Source of the DNA: an uncultured Actinomycetes bacterium
GTDB lineage: Bacteria; Actinomycetota; Coriobacteriia; Anaerosomatales; CAWKMJ01
Reading direction: 5' to 3'
NCBI GenBank assembly: GCA_963850695.1
Contig: CAWKMJ010000001.1
Span: 1,022,764-1,086,763, forward strand
DNA length: 64,000 nucleotides
Part shown: in pieces, positions 20,593-33,929 of the stretch
How the letters are laid out: each line of letters opens with the position of its first letter
How positions within the stretch are numbered: position 1 is the stretch's first letter
Notes under the pieces: model-generated
The model's database searches: none
Seen by the model: the letters and a program-made list of their open reading frames with translations, nothing else
What the model was told of the DNA's origin: nothing
Program-made: the position numbers and the translations under genes

Positions 20593-22767
20593 ATGGACAG
20601 AATCGCCCGCGTCATCGTCGAACGCTCAAGGGTGTTCCTCGGCCTCGCAGCAGTACTCACGATCCTCTCGGTCATCTCACTCTTCTTCGTCTCGTTCAAC
20701 GCCGATGTCTCGTCGTTCCTCACCGAGGGCAACCCTGTGGGCGAAGAGCTCGTGGCCCTTCAGGAGCGCTACGACAGCACGGATACCATCAACATCCTGG
20801 TGACGCTGGACGAGGGCGCCACCTTCGAGGACCGAGAGGCCCTTTCGGATCTCGCGCTCATCGGCTCGAAGCTGCGCAGCGTCTCTGGCGTAGCGAACGT
20901 GTCCTCGATCGTCCCCGCCAGAGATTCCCGCCACCGGGCAGACGATCACCTCAACCATGATCGCGAACGCTCCCGACGAGATCGTCGCGCAGCTCATCGA
21001 GTCAAACCCCGCCGTCGACCTGCTGTTGAGCGATGACAAGACGGCGGCTTTGGTCATCGTCACACCGGAAGACGACGGCATAGGGGTCGCGCGCGAGCTT
21101 CAGGAGCTCTCGTGGCCCGAGGCGCCGAGGTCGCGCTCACCGGTCAGCCGGTCATCTACGCCACGGTGCTCGATCGCATCGGCTGGTTCCTGCTCGTCAT
21201 CCCGCCGGTCATCGTGGTGCTGCTGCTTCTGACGTTCTGCGCCAACATCGGCGACCGCCGGCTCTCGGTCCTCGCCGTCGTCCCGGCGGCATGGGTGCGC
21301 TCTGGACGTTCGGCATCATCTCGGCGCTCGGCATCGCGATCGACATCGTCACGATCATCGTGCCGATCTTCGTCATCGTCATGGGCTCGGCCGACGGACT
21401 GCACTTCGTCACGCACTTCCAGGAGGAGTGCGCCCGCACCGACGACGTCGGTCGAGCGGGTCACCACGACGCTGCGCCAGGTCGGCATGCCGATGATCCT
21501 CACGACGCTCTCGACCATGGCCGGCTTCCTGTCGCTGCTCGTCGCCGACGTGCAGCCCATCCAGCAGCTCGGGCTCCTCACGGCCATCGGCATCGCGTAT
21601 GCCGGCATCATCTGCTTCTTCTTCCTGCCCGCGATTCTCGCGCCTCGACATCGAGCCCGCCGCACCACAAGGTCATCCTCGGCGGCAGGCTCACGGCGGC
21701 ATCAAGGCGCTCGCCCGTCGCCGCTGGGTCGCCGCAGCTGCTCGCCGTCGCCATCATCGTCTGCGGCGCTCTCTTCATCCCCCAGCTCGAGGTCGACTCC
21801 GACCAGCTCTTCTTCTTCAAGAAGAACGACGAGGTCCGCCTGAGCTTCGACGGGATGGCCGAGGACTTCGGCGCGGCGACCCCGCTCACAGGCGAGTTCG
21901 CGTTCGAGCCCGGGCGACACGCGAGAGCGTGCAGCGCATCCTCGCGACCGAGCGCGAGCTCGAGGCGCTGCCCGGCGTCAGCCGGGTCGTCTCTGCCGCC
22001 GACATCGCTGCCGGGACTGCCGCCCGAACAGGCCGAGGCGCTGATGGGCGGCGAGGTCGACTCTCCGCTCGGCGAGATGGTCTCTGACGAGGGCTGCGGT
22101 TCGTGCTCTTCCCGGGCGAGTTCGAGACCGAGGACCTGCGGGAATGGGTCGCGTACGCCGAGGAGTCGGAGGAGATCCGGCGCTCACAGGGATGCCGGTG
22201 GTCTGGGACGAGATCGCCCGTCTGGTCCTCGAGCCCAGGTGGGCTCGCTCGTCGTGGCGTTCGTCCTCGTGTTCTTCATGCTCCTCATCGCCTACCGAGC
22301 GTCCGGAGACGTTCGTCTCGCTGTACCGATCGCGCTCACCGTCGCCGCCCTGCTGGCTTCATCTCGCTGCAGCGGCATCAATCTCAACCTGGTCACAGCG
22401 ATCGCCTCGAGCATCGTGATCGGTGTGGCCATCGACTACGCGATACATTTCGTCGCGGCGATCGAGAACCAGAAGACGGACGGCGGGCCCGGCTACGTGC
22501 TGCGCGCCATCGACAAGGCCGGCAGGCCCATCGTCGCCAACGCCCTGGGAATCGCGGTCGGGAATGACAGGACTGTGGCTCTCGCCGTTCCACATGCACC
22601 AGCACATCTCGATGATCATGTGGGTCTCGATGACGACGGCGGCGTTGGCGACGCTGACGATCATTCCCGCGCTCATGCCGCGAGAAGCGAGGTACTCAAC
22701 CGAGGGCCGGAGAGCCCATTCCGCCGGTAGCCGAAGAGCGGCCTGGATCGCAAGGCGTAGCGACTGA
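20593..22767 (+). CDS. MMPL/RND-superfamily membrane transporter, at least six frame breaks
   Basis: It starts MDRIARVIVERSRVFLGLAAVLTILSVISLFFV after GGGAGG. Repeated TM bundles carry SADGLHFVTHF and IGVAIDYAIHFV motifs. Confidence 0.7.
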
Positions 22768-22771
22768 GCGC

Positions 22772-25211
<2,440 letters not shown>

Positions 25212-25385
25212 GGTCGTCCATCTCCGTCGAGTAGCGCCGCACTAAGGGTTCATGTCCCCCCGCAGCGGCGGATCCATCTTGCTCATGCATACCCAGGGGG
25301 GTATTATAGCTACGCACGATGCCGAACCGCAACCCCAAGGCAAGCTTTCAAGCCCACGCTATCCTTGGAGATGGAGGTGACGAGT

Positions 25386-25640
25386 ATGCCGTCGTCCAAG
25401 AAGGTCAAGATCTTCACATCTCCTACCTGCCACTGGTGCAAGGTGACCAAGGCATACTTCGATGAGAACGGAATCGAGTACACCGAGGCCGACGTCATCT
25501 CAGATCTCTCGGCCCGCAGAGAGATGGCCACCATGACTGGCCAATACGGCGTGCCGGTTATTCTCGTAGGCGAGAAGGCGATGGTCGGCTGGAACGAACA
25601 GGAGTTCCTCGAGCTACTGCATCGCCAGCCCAAGAAATAG
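25386..25640 (+). CDS. Glutaredoxin-like small thiol-disulfide protein (CHWC active site)
   Basis: Intact ORF reading KIFTSPTCHWCKVTKAYFDENGIEY...YGVPVILVGEKAMVGW. The ATG at 25386 follows GGAGGTGA. Confidence 0.8.
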   Translation: MPSSKKVKIFTSPTCHWCKVTKAYFDENGIEYTEADVISDLSARREMATMTGQYGVPVILVGEKAMVGWNEQEFLELLHRQPKK

Positions 25641-25682
25641 CTCGCCGGTCGTCAGCGGTGACCTAGGTCGACCGAGGCAAGA

Positions 25683-27062
25683 TCAGACTGGCCGCTCGGC
25701 GGCGTCCATGAACTTCGTGTACCGATCGAGGAACACGAGCGGCACGTTGCCGATGGGGCCGTTCCTGTGCTTGGCGACGATGACCTCAGCAAACCCCTTT
25801 GCGGGACGGTCTTCGTCTTCCTCTTCGCGAGAGTCTGTCGCACGATCAATGAACATGACGACGTCTGCATCCTGCTCGATCGCTCCCGACTCTCGCAGAT
25901 CAGACAGCATGGGCCGCTTCCCCGCACGTTGCTCCACGGCCCGCGAGAGCTGTGAAAGCGCGATGACGGGAACACTGAGTTCCTTGGCCAGGATCTTCAG
26001 CCCCCGGCTGATATCCGCGATCTCCGTCTGGCGATTGTCGTAGCGCTTGTTCTGAGGTTGCATGAGCTGCAGATAGTCGACGATCACCAGACCGTTGGGC
26101 TTGTCTCTCAGCAGACGGCGCGCCTTGGCGCGCAGTTCCAGAATCGTGATGGCAGGCGTGTCGTCGACGTAGAAGTCGAGCTCCGCCAGATCGTTCATGG
26201 CACGAGAGATCGACGTCCAATCCGGATCCTTGATCTGCCCCGTCCGCACATCCTGCGAGTTGATGCGAGCCTCCGAGCAGAGGATGCGCTGAATCAGCTG
26301 TTCTGCGGCCATCTCAAGACTGAAGAGGGCGACCGACGTATCGGCCTTGGCAGCATTGACGGCGATGTTGAGCGCAAGGGCGGTCTTGCCCACAGCCGGG
26401 CGAGCGGCAAGGATGATCAGGTCTCCCCTGTGCAGGCCAGCGAGCAGCTTGTCGAGGTCCTTGTAGCCAGTGGGAACGCCGGTGATCTTCTTCTGTTGCT
26501 CGAAGAGCTCCTCGAGCTGGTTGAATCCGGCCTCGAGGAGGTCGTCTATCTTGGCGAACTTCTCGGAGACGCGCTTATTCGTCACTGAGAAGATGAGTTT
26601 CTCGGCCTCTTCGACGACCTCTTGCATGTCGTCAGGAGCGTCGTAGCCGATGGAGACGATCTGTGTTGCCGCACCGATCAGATCGCGAAGCATCGCCGTG
26701 CGACGGACGATCTGAGCATACCTGCTTGCGTTGGCCGCGGTGGGCACGACGCCGGTAACGTCGAGGAGGTACGCTTTGCCGCCGGCCTGCTCCAGCTCCC
26801 CTGAGCTCTCCAGGCGGTCAGCTACGCTGAGCTGATCGATCGGGACGTTCTGGTTGTAGAGGTGTGCTACCGCCGTGAAGATGCGCTTGTGGGCGTCGCG
26901 GTAGAAATCCTCCGCGCTGAGCAGGTTGAGTCCCAGCTCCACGGCTTCGGGGGACAGGAACATCGAGCCAAGAATAGCCTGCTCGGCCTCAAGATTATGC
27001 GGTGGAACACGATCGGTCAGCGAGGAGACGGGGCGAATCGCACCAGCAGCGTCTGAACCCAT
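25683..27062 (-). CDS. dnaB: Replicative DNA helicase DnaB
   Basis: Intact 459-aa ORF. It contains PHNLEAEQAILGS, the Walker A motif ARPAVGKTALALN, IVDYLQLM and IALSQLSRAVEQR. Confidence 0.95.
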   Translation of the reverse strand: MGSDAAGAIRPVSSLTDRVPPHNLEAEQAILGSMFLSPEAVELGLNLLSAEDFYRDAHKRIFTAVAHLYNQNVPIDQLSVADRLESSGELEQAGGKAYLLDVTGVVPTAANASRYAQIVRRTAMLRDLIGAATQIVSIGYDAPDDMQEVVEEAEKLIFSVTNKRVSEKFAKIDDLLEAGFNQLEELFEQQKKITGVPTGYKDLDKLLAGLHRGDLIILAARPAVGKTALALNIAVNAAKADTSVALFSLEMAAEQLIQRILCSEARINSQDVRTGQIKDPDWTSISRAMNDLAELDFYVDDTPAITILELRAKARRLLRDKPNGLVIVDYLQLMQPQNKRYDNRQTEIADISRGLKILAKELSVPVIALSQLSRAVEQRAGKRPMLSDLRESGAIEQDADVVMFIDRATDSREEEDEDRPAKGFAEVIVAKHRNGPIGNVPLVFLDRYTKFMDAAERPV

Positions 27063-27281
27063 CGGACCTCCCTCTCCACCGCATGACTGTCGCAGCGGTC
27101 GACGCAGGACGCGTGGAACTCAGCCGCAACGAGACGGATGGTATAGCCACGCGGGTCAGCACACAACGGACCGTGAGGCTTGTCCACAGGAGAACTGCGC
27201 CCACAACCTGCGGTTTCCAGAGTATCCACAGATTGTCGAGATTCTCGTATGCGGGCCGGTCTCGACCCGCATACGAGAGCT

Positions 27282-27937
27282 CTACGCGTCTTCGGTCTGC
27301 TCGGCCTCTTCGATCACTTCTTCAGCCACTTCTTCTGCGGCCGCTTCTGCGATCTCAGAGGACTCAGCGCCTCGTCAACGTCTGCGTCCATCGCATCGTC
27401 AGCAGTCTCTTCGACTGCGTCCTCGGCGGCTACTTCTTCGATGGGCATCTCGGCAGCCTCCTCAGCGGTGAGACCCATGACCTCATGGGTGCCTTCGCCA
27501 ACGACGACTACAGTGATCTCCGCCTTGATGTCACGGTAGATCTGGACGGTGACCACATGCTCGCCGACCTCCTTGATCGTGCCGTGCAGATCGATCTTGC
27601 GACGGTCGACCTCGATCGACAGCTGCTCGTTGATCGCGTCTTCGACCATCGGGCTCGTGATCGAGCCGAACAAACGGCCCTCTTCGCCCACCTTGGCCTG
27701 GATGGTAACGGTCTTGCCGTCCAGTGCCGCGGCCATGCCATCTGCGTCCGACGTGCGAGCCGTCTCGCGCTTCTCGATATTGCCCTTGCGAGCCTCAAGC
27801 TGCTTGAGGTTGCCCGGCGTGGCCTCGACGGCCATGCTGCGCGGGATAAGGAAGTTCACGGCGTAGCCGCGCGCGACATCCACGACATCGCCTTCGCCGC
27901 CCTTACCCTTCACCTCTTGTGTGAGGATGACTTTCAT
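27282..27937 (-). CDS. rplI: 50S ribosomal protein L9 with an acidic C-terminal extension, one late frame break
   Basis: It starts MKVILTQEVKGKGGEGDVVDVARGYAVNFLIP. After a switch near 27355 the tail reads SEIAEAAAEEVAEEVIEEAEQTEDA-stop at 27282. Confidence 0.85.
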
Positions 27938-28006
27938 CTCTACTCCCTCGTTCGTTCCGGGACCCAACGTCCCGATTCGAAACGTACTGATCGTGGTTGG
28001 AACGGA

Positions 28007-28971
28007 CTACGTACTTGATGTCGAGCCTTCGGCTCCGTCCTGCGGAACCTGGTCGGCTCTCTTGATCTTGCGATAGTTGGCCACTAGGTCCAGGAAGCCC
28101 AGAAGGCTCACTGCGAACACGAGAGCCTCCGCTATCAACGCGACCGCATAGACGAGAACACGGACGGTCCGCTTGCTGAGAACTGATCCAACTTGCCTGC
28201 GACCACCCCGAGTCCCTGCCACGCAAACAGCGGGCGAGCTATCAAGAGCACGTTGAGGCCTACAGCCATGAGAACGTACTCCTGTTCTGCGACGAGCTTG
28301 CTCGCTACCAGTGCGACGACACCGAGTATCGGCAACCACAGAACATGCGGCGACAGATCGATGTCGGACAGTGTGGGTAGCGCGTTCTGTGACCTGTCGT
28401 ACCTGCGTGCAACGAAGCTGGCTGCGATGACAACAAGAATGGCCGTGACGCCGCCCGTGACGACATAGCTTGCGGGCCACGTCATGAACAAGGTCTCTGA
28501 GAGTCCCTGTGCATCTGCCGTCTCAGGCTGGGTGCCCACGATGCGCACAGCGCTCTCGGCCAACTCGCTGCCGGAGACGGCAGCGGTCTTGAGAGCTTCG
28601 AGAGAGACTCCCCGGCAAGCCAGGCGCCCCGCGTCGACTGTCACGAAACCGCCGAGTACGCCGCCGCCAACGCAAACAGCGCTGACCCAGGGACTACCTT
28701 TGGCAAGCCACGCGATAGCGCAACAGCACGCCCGTCAAGCCAACGACAGCGATGACGGCACCGCGGGGCCCGCAAGGACAGCAGCCATCGCCGCAGTAGC
28801 CTCCGGCCATGAATGCAGCGGCAACCGAACGGCCACGAAACGTCATGCCGGCCAGAGCAAGAGCGCATAGCGGCAAAGCCACATATGGCAGCTCGTGATC
28901 ACGAGGGCTGCAGCAAGACACGCTGCCGCTGCCACCAGTGTTGCTCGTATGTCAGCCCGATCCTTGGTCAT
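28007..28971 (-). CDS. Polytopic membrane protein in the YybS/DUF2232 position between rpsR and rplI, frame breaks
   Basis: It has several hydrophobic helices (ILVVIAASFV, VLWLPILGVVALVASKLV, LMAVGLNVLLIARPLF). The call rests partly on conserved gene order. Confidence 0.45.
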
Positions 28972-28974
28972 GAC

Positions 28975-29238
28975 CTAGCGACCGCGACGACCGTCCGTGC
29001 GACCACTGACAACCGGGACGGCGTACGGCAGAAGTGCCATCTCGCGGGCGCGCTTGATCGCCATGGAAAGCTCATGCTGGTGCTGGGCGCACGTGCCGGT
29101 GACCCGACGCGGCTTGATCTTGCCTCTGTCGGTCACGAACTTGCGCAGTGCCTGAGCATCCTTGTAGTCGATGAACTCGATCTTGTCCTTGCAGAATGCG
29201 CAGTACTTGTGGCGCGGTTTCCGAGCGTATTCGGACAT
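28975..29238 (-). CDS. rpsR: 30S ribosomal protein S18
   Basis: Intact ORF containing [25 protein letters not shown] and [28 protein letters not shown]. Confidence 0.95.
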   Translation of the reverse strand: MSEYARKPRHKYCAFCKDKIEFIDYKDAQALRKFVTDRGKIKPRRVTGTCAQHQHELSMAIKRAREMALLPYAVPVVSGRTDGRRGR

Positions 29239-29316
29239 CCGCTTCGACCTCCTTTCGCCCCGTGTGGGGCAGAGCGTCCGCGGCGGGAGGGTCCCGCCGT
29301 GACGCGTCATTCTCTT

Positions 29317-29739
29317 CTAGAACGGGATCTCTTCGTCGTCACCGGACGGGCTGGGGCTTGGCGTCGGCCTGCGGCGCACCGCCGCAGAAGCCTCCGCCAC
29401 CCGAGTCGCGAGAGCTGACATGAACTCGAGATCATCACCGACGACCTCGAGCTTGGAGCGCTTCTCGCCTTGCTGGTTCTCCCACGAGCTCCAGCGCAGC
29501 TTGCCCTCGACCGCAACCTTCATACCCTTTGAAAGATGCTTGGAGAGACCCTCTGCACGAGCGCCGAAGAAGACCACGTCCACGAAGTTCGCGTAGTCTT
29601 CCCACTCGCCTGTCTGCTGGTTCTTGCGGCGATCGTTGACCGCCACGCCCATGTTGAGAACAGACATGCCTGAACCCGTCGCGCGAAGCTCGGGATCGCG
29701 GGTCAGGTTGCCGCTGATCATCACTCGATTGATGCCCAT
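29317..29739 (-). CDS. ssb: Single-stranded DNA-binding protein
   Basis: Intact ORF starting MGINRVMISGNLTRDPELR. It has an OB-fold core and the acidic tail DDEEIPF. Confidence 0.95.
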   Translation of the reverse strand: MGINRVMISGNLTRDPELRATGSGMSVLNMGVAVNDRRKNQQTGEWEDYANFVDVVFFGARAEGLSKHLSKGMKVAVEGKLRWSSWENQQGEKRSKLEVVGDDLEFMSALATRVAEASAAVRRRPTPSPSPSGDDEEIPF

Positions 29740-29792
29740 GATATCCACCTCTTCTCACCGGGCGTCCCCGGAGATGTGCCGTGCGGGCGGGA

Positions 29793-30086
29793 CTACTCGC
29801 GATCGTCACGACGTACGAGCATGAAACGTACGACCGAATCCGTGATTCGCAGCACGCGGTCGATCTCGGCGATGCTGTCCGGGGTCGCATGGAAATCGAC
29901 GACGACGTAGTCGCCCTCGGTGAGGTCATCGATCTCGAAGGCGAGCTTGCGCTTGCCCCAGGAGTCGACGTTGTCGACGGTACCCTTGAGAGATGTGATG
30001 AGCGACTCGACCTTCTCGAGCGCGGCCTCGCGGGCCTCGTCATCGAGGATGGGAGTCAGCATGAGCATGAGTTCGTAGGCCTTCAC
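29793..30086 (-). CDS. rpsF: 30S ribosomal protein S6
   Basis: Intact ORF. The GTG start follows GGAGGTGA, and the protein reads KAYELMLMLTP...WGKRKLAFEI...GDYVVVDF. Confidence 0.95.
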   Translation of the reverse strand: MKAYELMLMLTPILDDEAREAALEKVESLITSLKGTVDNVDSWGKRKLAFEIDDLTEGDYVVVDFHATPDSIAEIDRVLRITDSVVRFMLVRRDDRE

Positions 30087-30559
30087 GTGTTCACCTCCCT
30101 CGGACTGTGCGGCTCCGGGGCCAGAAGGCACTGCCCGGAGCAGGAAATGAGCTTACGAAGTGTAGCACCGGGCTACCGCGGCTGCAAACGCGTAGACCTA
30201 GGGCCGGCGCACACTTCGTCGAGAGGCAGATTCCCATCGAACGCGCAGCTCCGCCGACATCGCCGTTGACCGCGAGCGCGAGCAGCGCGAGAGCGAGGGT
30301 CAGCCCCAGCGCCGGGGCTCCTGCCGAGCGGTCGCTTGGCGACGGGAATGACTGTGCCGACGCTCTGTCGATCTCGCACTCTGACGTCGCTGGCACGTGC
30401 GCAGGTAGACGGCGACGATCGTCGCCTGCTGTCTGACTCTGGCAGCGGTCGAGCGACCGCCGCGGCGTGGGCCGACGACGCTCTCCGACGCTCGCCGGGC
30501 CCGCCGGAACACACGTGGCAGTCGAGCACCGCCGCAGCCCGGCAGCATGCGGCTCCGGC

Positions 30560-31080
30560 CTCACAGGCTCTCCTCGGCCCGCTCGGCAGCGCTCCTGGGT
30601 CTCCGGCTGTGACGAGCTTGCAGACCGCAGGACGCGCGCGGGGTCCACGTACTCCCCGTCGACGCGTAGCCCACGTGCAGGTGCGGTGCTCGGATGACCA
30701 TCGCCGGTGCAGCCAGGACACCCAGGACCTCGCCTTGCGCTACGCGCGTTCCCTCGCCACGATCACCGACTCCAGAGGCAGATAGCTCCATCGGCCACCG
30801 TCGTCGTCCTCCACCGTCACGGCGATGGTGCTCTGACCGGGCCCGCCGGAATCGCGCCGGCGAAGACGACCTCTCCCCGCGTGAGACAAGCGACCGCGTC
30901 ACCGGCATCCACGCGATGTCCAGCCCGATGTGTCACTGACCGCACCCTCCGAACGTAGGTCTCCTCGAAACCGAGTAGCACCGGCACCCGGCACTCGGCC
31001 GAGGCTGCCGGAGCAGGGCCCAGAACACGCGGCCGCGCCAACAGACGAGCAGCCAGAGCGATCACGAGCACGCCGACCAT
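30560..31080 (-). CDS. M23 family metallopeptidase, frame breaks, 3' end unclear
   Basis: It has an N-terminal hydrophobic segment, MVGVLVIALAARLLA. It also contains HRAGHRVDAGDAV...GEVVFAG, an SYLPLES-type piece, GEVLGVL and PHLHVGY...YVDP. Confidence 0.5.
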
Positions 31081-31277
31081 GACGCCACGCCCTGCGGCCA
31101 GCTGGATCGCACCGCGAGGCCCTCATGGTCACACCCCTCTCCTGCGCACCCGAGGGGATGGGGCGCTGCCAATCTACGCGCGACTCTGACAGGCCGGCCT
31201 GAACGCTCCCTTACCGATGCCTACCGCGACAACACGAACGCCGCCCTCCGATGAGCCGGAGACGGCGCGATGTGTCG

Positions 31278-31353
31278 TGGAGCGGGCGACGGGTCTCGAA
31301 CCCGCGACCTCAAGCTTGGGAAGCTTGCGCTCTACCAACTGAGCTACGCCCGC
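31278..31353 (-). tRNA. tRNA-Gly (anticodon CCC)
   Basis: The 76-nt sequence is GCGGGCGTAGCTCAGTTGGTAGAGCGCAAGCTTCCCAAGCTTGAGGTCGCGGGTTCGAGACCCGTCGCCCGCTCCA. It folds as a full cloverleaf with anticodon loop TTCCCAA and an encoded CCA end. Confidence 0.95.
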
Positions 31354-31437
31354 ACAGTGCATGGATTGTAGACCAGCCCCGTCTGCAGCGCCAAGCGAGC
31401 ACGCAGCATGGCGACGATCGCCGAGACCCCGCGCCAC

Positions 31438-32109
31438 CTACGAGCCGGTCAGCGCCTTCTTGAGAGCCTTCTCGTGCTCGACGGCGGTGAACGCGATGAC
31501 CACGTCGCCCGGCAGAAGCTCGGTGTCGCCGTGAACGGTCGACGACGTCGTCCTCGCCGCGGACGAGCGCGATGAGGACGCAGTCCACCGGCAGCGCAGC
31601 TCGGCGACCTTCTTGTTGCACACGACGCAGCGGTCGGTGGGCAGCTCGATCTCGACGATCGCCATGTTGCCCTTGGCGCAGGCTGATGAGCGTCCGCAGG
31701 TCGCCGACGGTCGCCTCTTCCTCGATCATCCGCGCGATGATCGTCGTCGAGGAGATCGCCTCGATACCGAGCGCGTTGAAGATGTGCTCGTTCTTGGGGT
31801 TGTTCACCCGCGCGACCGCCCGCGGCACGCCAAAGGCCACCTTGGCCAGCTGGCACGCGACCAGGTTGTCGTCGTCGTCGCCGGTCGACGCCACGAACAC
31901 ATCGGCCCGCGCGACGCCCGCATCCTCCTGGATACGTCGAGTCGCAGCCGTCGCCATGGATGATGAGCGCCTCGCTGCGGCAGCTCGGCCACGAGCTTCT
32001 CGACGACCTCGTCGCGCCGCTCGATGAGCGCGACCTCGTGGCCGTGCTCGAGCATCATGCGCGCCAGGTGCGAGGCGACCTTGCCGCCGCCGTTGATGAC
32101 GATGTACAT
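31438..32109 (-). CDS. trkA: TrkA/KtrA-type K+ transport regulatory protein (RCK_N + RCK_C), frame breaks
   Basis: It starts MYIVINGGGKVASHLARMMLEHGHEVALIE, followed by DDDNLVACQLAK. The RCK_C tail reads MAIVEIELP...LLPGDVVIAFT. Confidence 0.75.
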
Positions 32110-32111
32110 GG

Positions 32112-32752
32112 TCAGTCCTCCATGTAGCGTTCGATGTTGCCGAACGCTTCCTCTTTGACCGAAGCCATGAGGATGTCTCCCGCGTGCAGCACCGTGTCGG
32201 GCTCGGGAACGAACACCGTCTCCCCGCGCGCGACCGCCGCGATGCGGAAGCGTCGCGCGATCTCGATGCCGCTCACCGTCTTGCCCTCGACTGCCGCGGA
32301 CGCCATGAACTGGACGACCTCGACGTCGCCGAACGTGGTGAGATGGTGCCCGTGCCCCGCGTGGATCTTGTCGAGCAGCACCTCGGCAACGAGCGTCGTG
32401 CCGCACACGTAGTCGAGTCCGAGCTGCTGGTAGGTGCGCTCGCGCACCGGGTTGTACAGGCGCGCGACGACGTGCGGCACGTCGAATATCTTGCGAGCGA
32501 CCTCGGCGGCCATCAGGTTGGTGTTGTCGAGGTCGGTGACGGCAGCAAACGCGTCGGCGTCCGCGATGCCGGCCTCCTCAAGGACCTCTTCGTCGAAGCC
32601 CAGACCCGGATGGTGATGCCGTTGAACAGGGTGCCGAGGCGCTTGAATGCCTCGGGGTCCCTGTCGATGACGACCACGTTGTGTCCCTCGACAGACAGCA
32701 GCGTGGCAAGCTGCGAACCCACGCGCCCGCATCCGACGACGATGACGTTCAT
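32112..32752 (-). CDS. trkA: TrkA/KtrA-type K+ transport regulatory protein (RCK_N + RCK_C), one frame break
   Basis: It starts MNVIVVGCGRVGSQLATLLSVEGHNVVVID, followed by DLDNTNLMAAEVAR. The RCK_C part reads GKTVSGIEI...VLHAGDILMASV. Confidence 0.8.
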
Positions 32753-32974
32753 CGTGGCCCCTCACGCCTCCGTTCGCGATGGCGACTGCCGCAGCACCGA
32801 CAACCGGACGCTACTCCCGCCCTCACGAGGCTGTCAACAGGATGACACAAGAACCCGGGCGTGCCCCAGGAGTGCGCGCAGCTGCCGACGCCCGGCGGCC
32901 ACCCGACAACGAAGGAGCGCCCCCGACGTTACGTCGACGGCGCTCCATTCAATCGCGAGATTCGACAGTCAGTC

Positions 32975-33124
32975 CTACGACTTGCCGATCTTGAAGATCT
33001 TGGTCCCACACTCAGGGCAGAGACCCTGCGTGGCGGGACGCCCGTTCTTCATCGTGATGTCCTGGGCGTCCTTGATCTCGCGCTTGGACTTGCACTTGAC
33101 GCAGTAGCCTTCTTTAGCTGGCAT
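32975..33124 (-). CDS. Small zinc-ribbon protein (DUF5679-like)
   Basis: The 49-aa ORF reads MPAKEGYCVKCKSKREIKDAQDITMKNGRPATQGLCPECGTKIFKIGKS. It has CxxC...CxxC spacing and follows GGAGGTGA. Confidence 0.65.
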   Translation of the reverse strand: MPAKEGYCVKCKSKREIKDAQDITMKNGRPATQGLCPECGTKIFKIGKS

Positions 33125-33184
33125 GCAGCGGTCACCTCCTTGGCGTTTGCACTGCGCGCCGGCCTCGGGAGCCGGCCGACGGTT

Positions 33185-33914
33185 ATTCCCCTCAGGGCGA
33201 CTGGTGCGCCCAGGCAAAGTCTTACACTTCTTCAGCCCGTTGTCATGCTCCTCGAGGCCCGGAGATCGCATCACGGCGACCGCCCCCCAGAGCATCAGGC
33301 CCACGCCGAGGAGTACCCAAGCGCGAGCGCGGCCCCCGCAGCCGCCCAGAATGCTGACGGGAAACAGCTGGATGATCAGGGAATCCGCCGGGAACGTCCA
33401 CGTCCCGCCCTCGAAGAAGATCCATGAAACCGGTGAACGCCGCATCGAAATCGAGCGAGCCGAAGCCGACGGAAAGAACGGCCAGCAGCACCCGGCCGCG
33501 ATCGCACCGGCCCGCAGTCCGCGCGCCAGCGCGTCGACCGTCCCCCTGGCGAGCCACCACGCCACCCACGCAGCCAGGAGCGCGGCCGAGACTCCGCGCT
33601 CCGCCCGCACGCGCACGACCACAGCGCGGACATCCTCGAGGTGCGACACGGTCTTCTCGTCGAAGCCATGTCGCCCGTCACCTCTGCGGGCAGCGACTCG
33701 GCCTTGCCGCCGATGACGAAGGCTCGGACCTGCTCGGCTGTCTCGCAGTGCTGTGTCTCGATCGAGCCCGGAGAGCGCCGGCGCAGCCGGCCCACGTCGC
33801 TGACGTAACGGGTGAACGAGGGAATACCCACGACGATGACGCCCAGCGCCGACCGTCAGCACACACGAGCAAGACGCCCACGATCGCCGCCTCGATGAAG
33901 TCGAGGGCCTTCAC
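33185..33914 (-). CDS. Integral membrane protein (possibly TIGR01906/DUF1461-like), frame breaks
   Basis: It starts MKALDFIEAAIVGVLLVC, contains FDEKTVSHLEDVRAVV, and has several further TM helices. The 3' end is uncertain. Confidence 0.35.
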
Positions 33915-33929
33915 GCGGTCAGGATGAGC

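Noticed and set aside
25289-25307. ATACCC-N4-GGGTAT palindrome next to TATTAT between the ACR3/BASS-like and Grx-like genes, considered as an ArsR-type operator
   Set aside because: It has only 6-bp arms, no regulator gene is nearby and there is no second copy. It is too weak to call.
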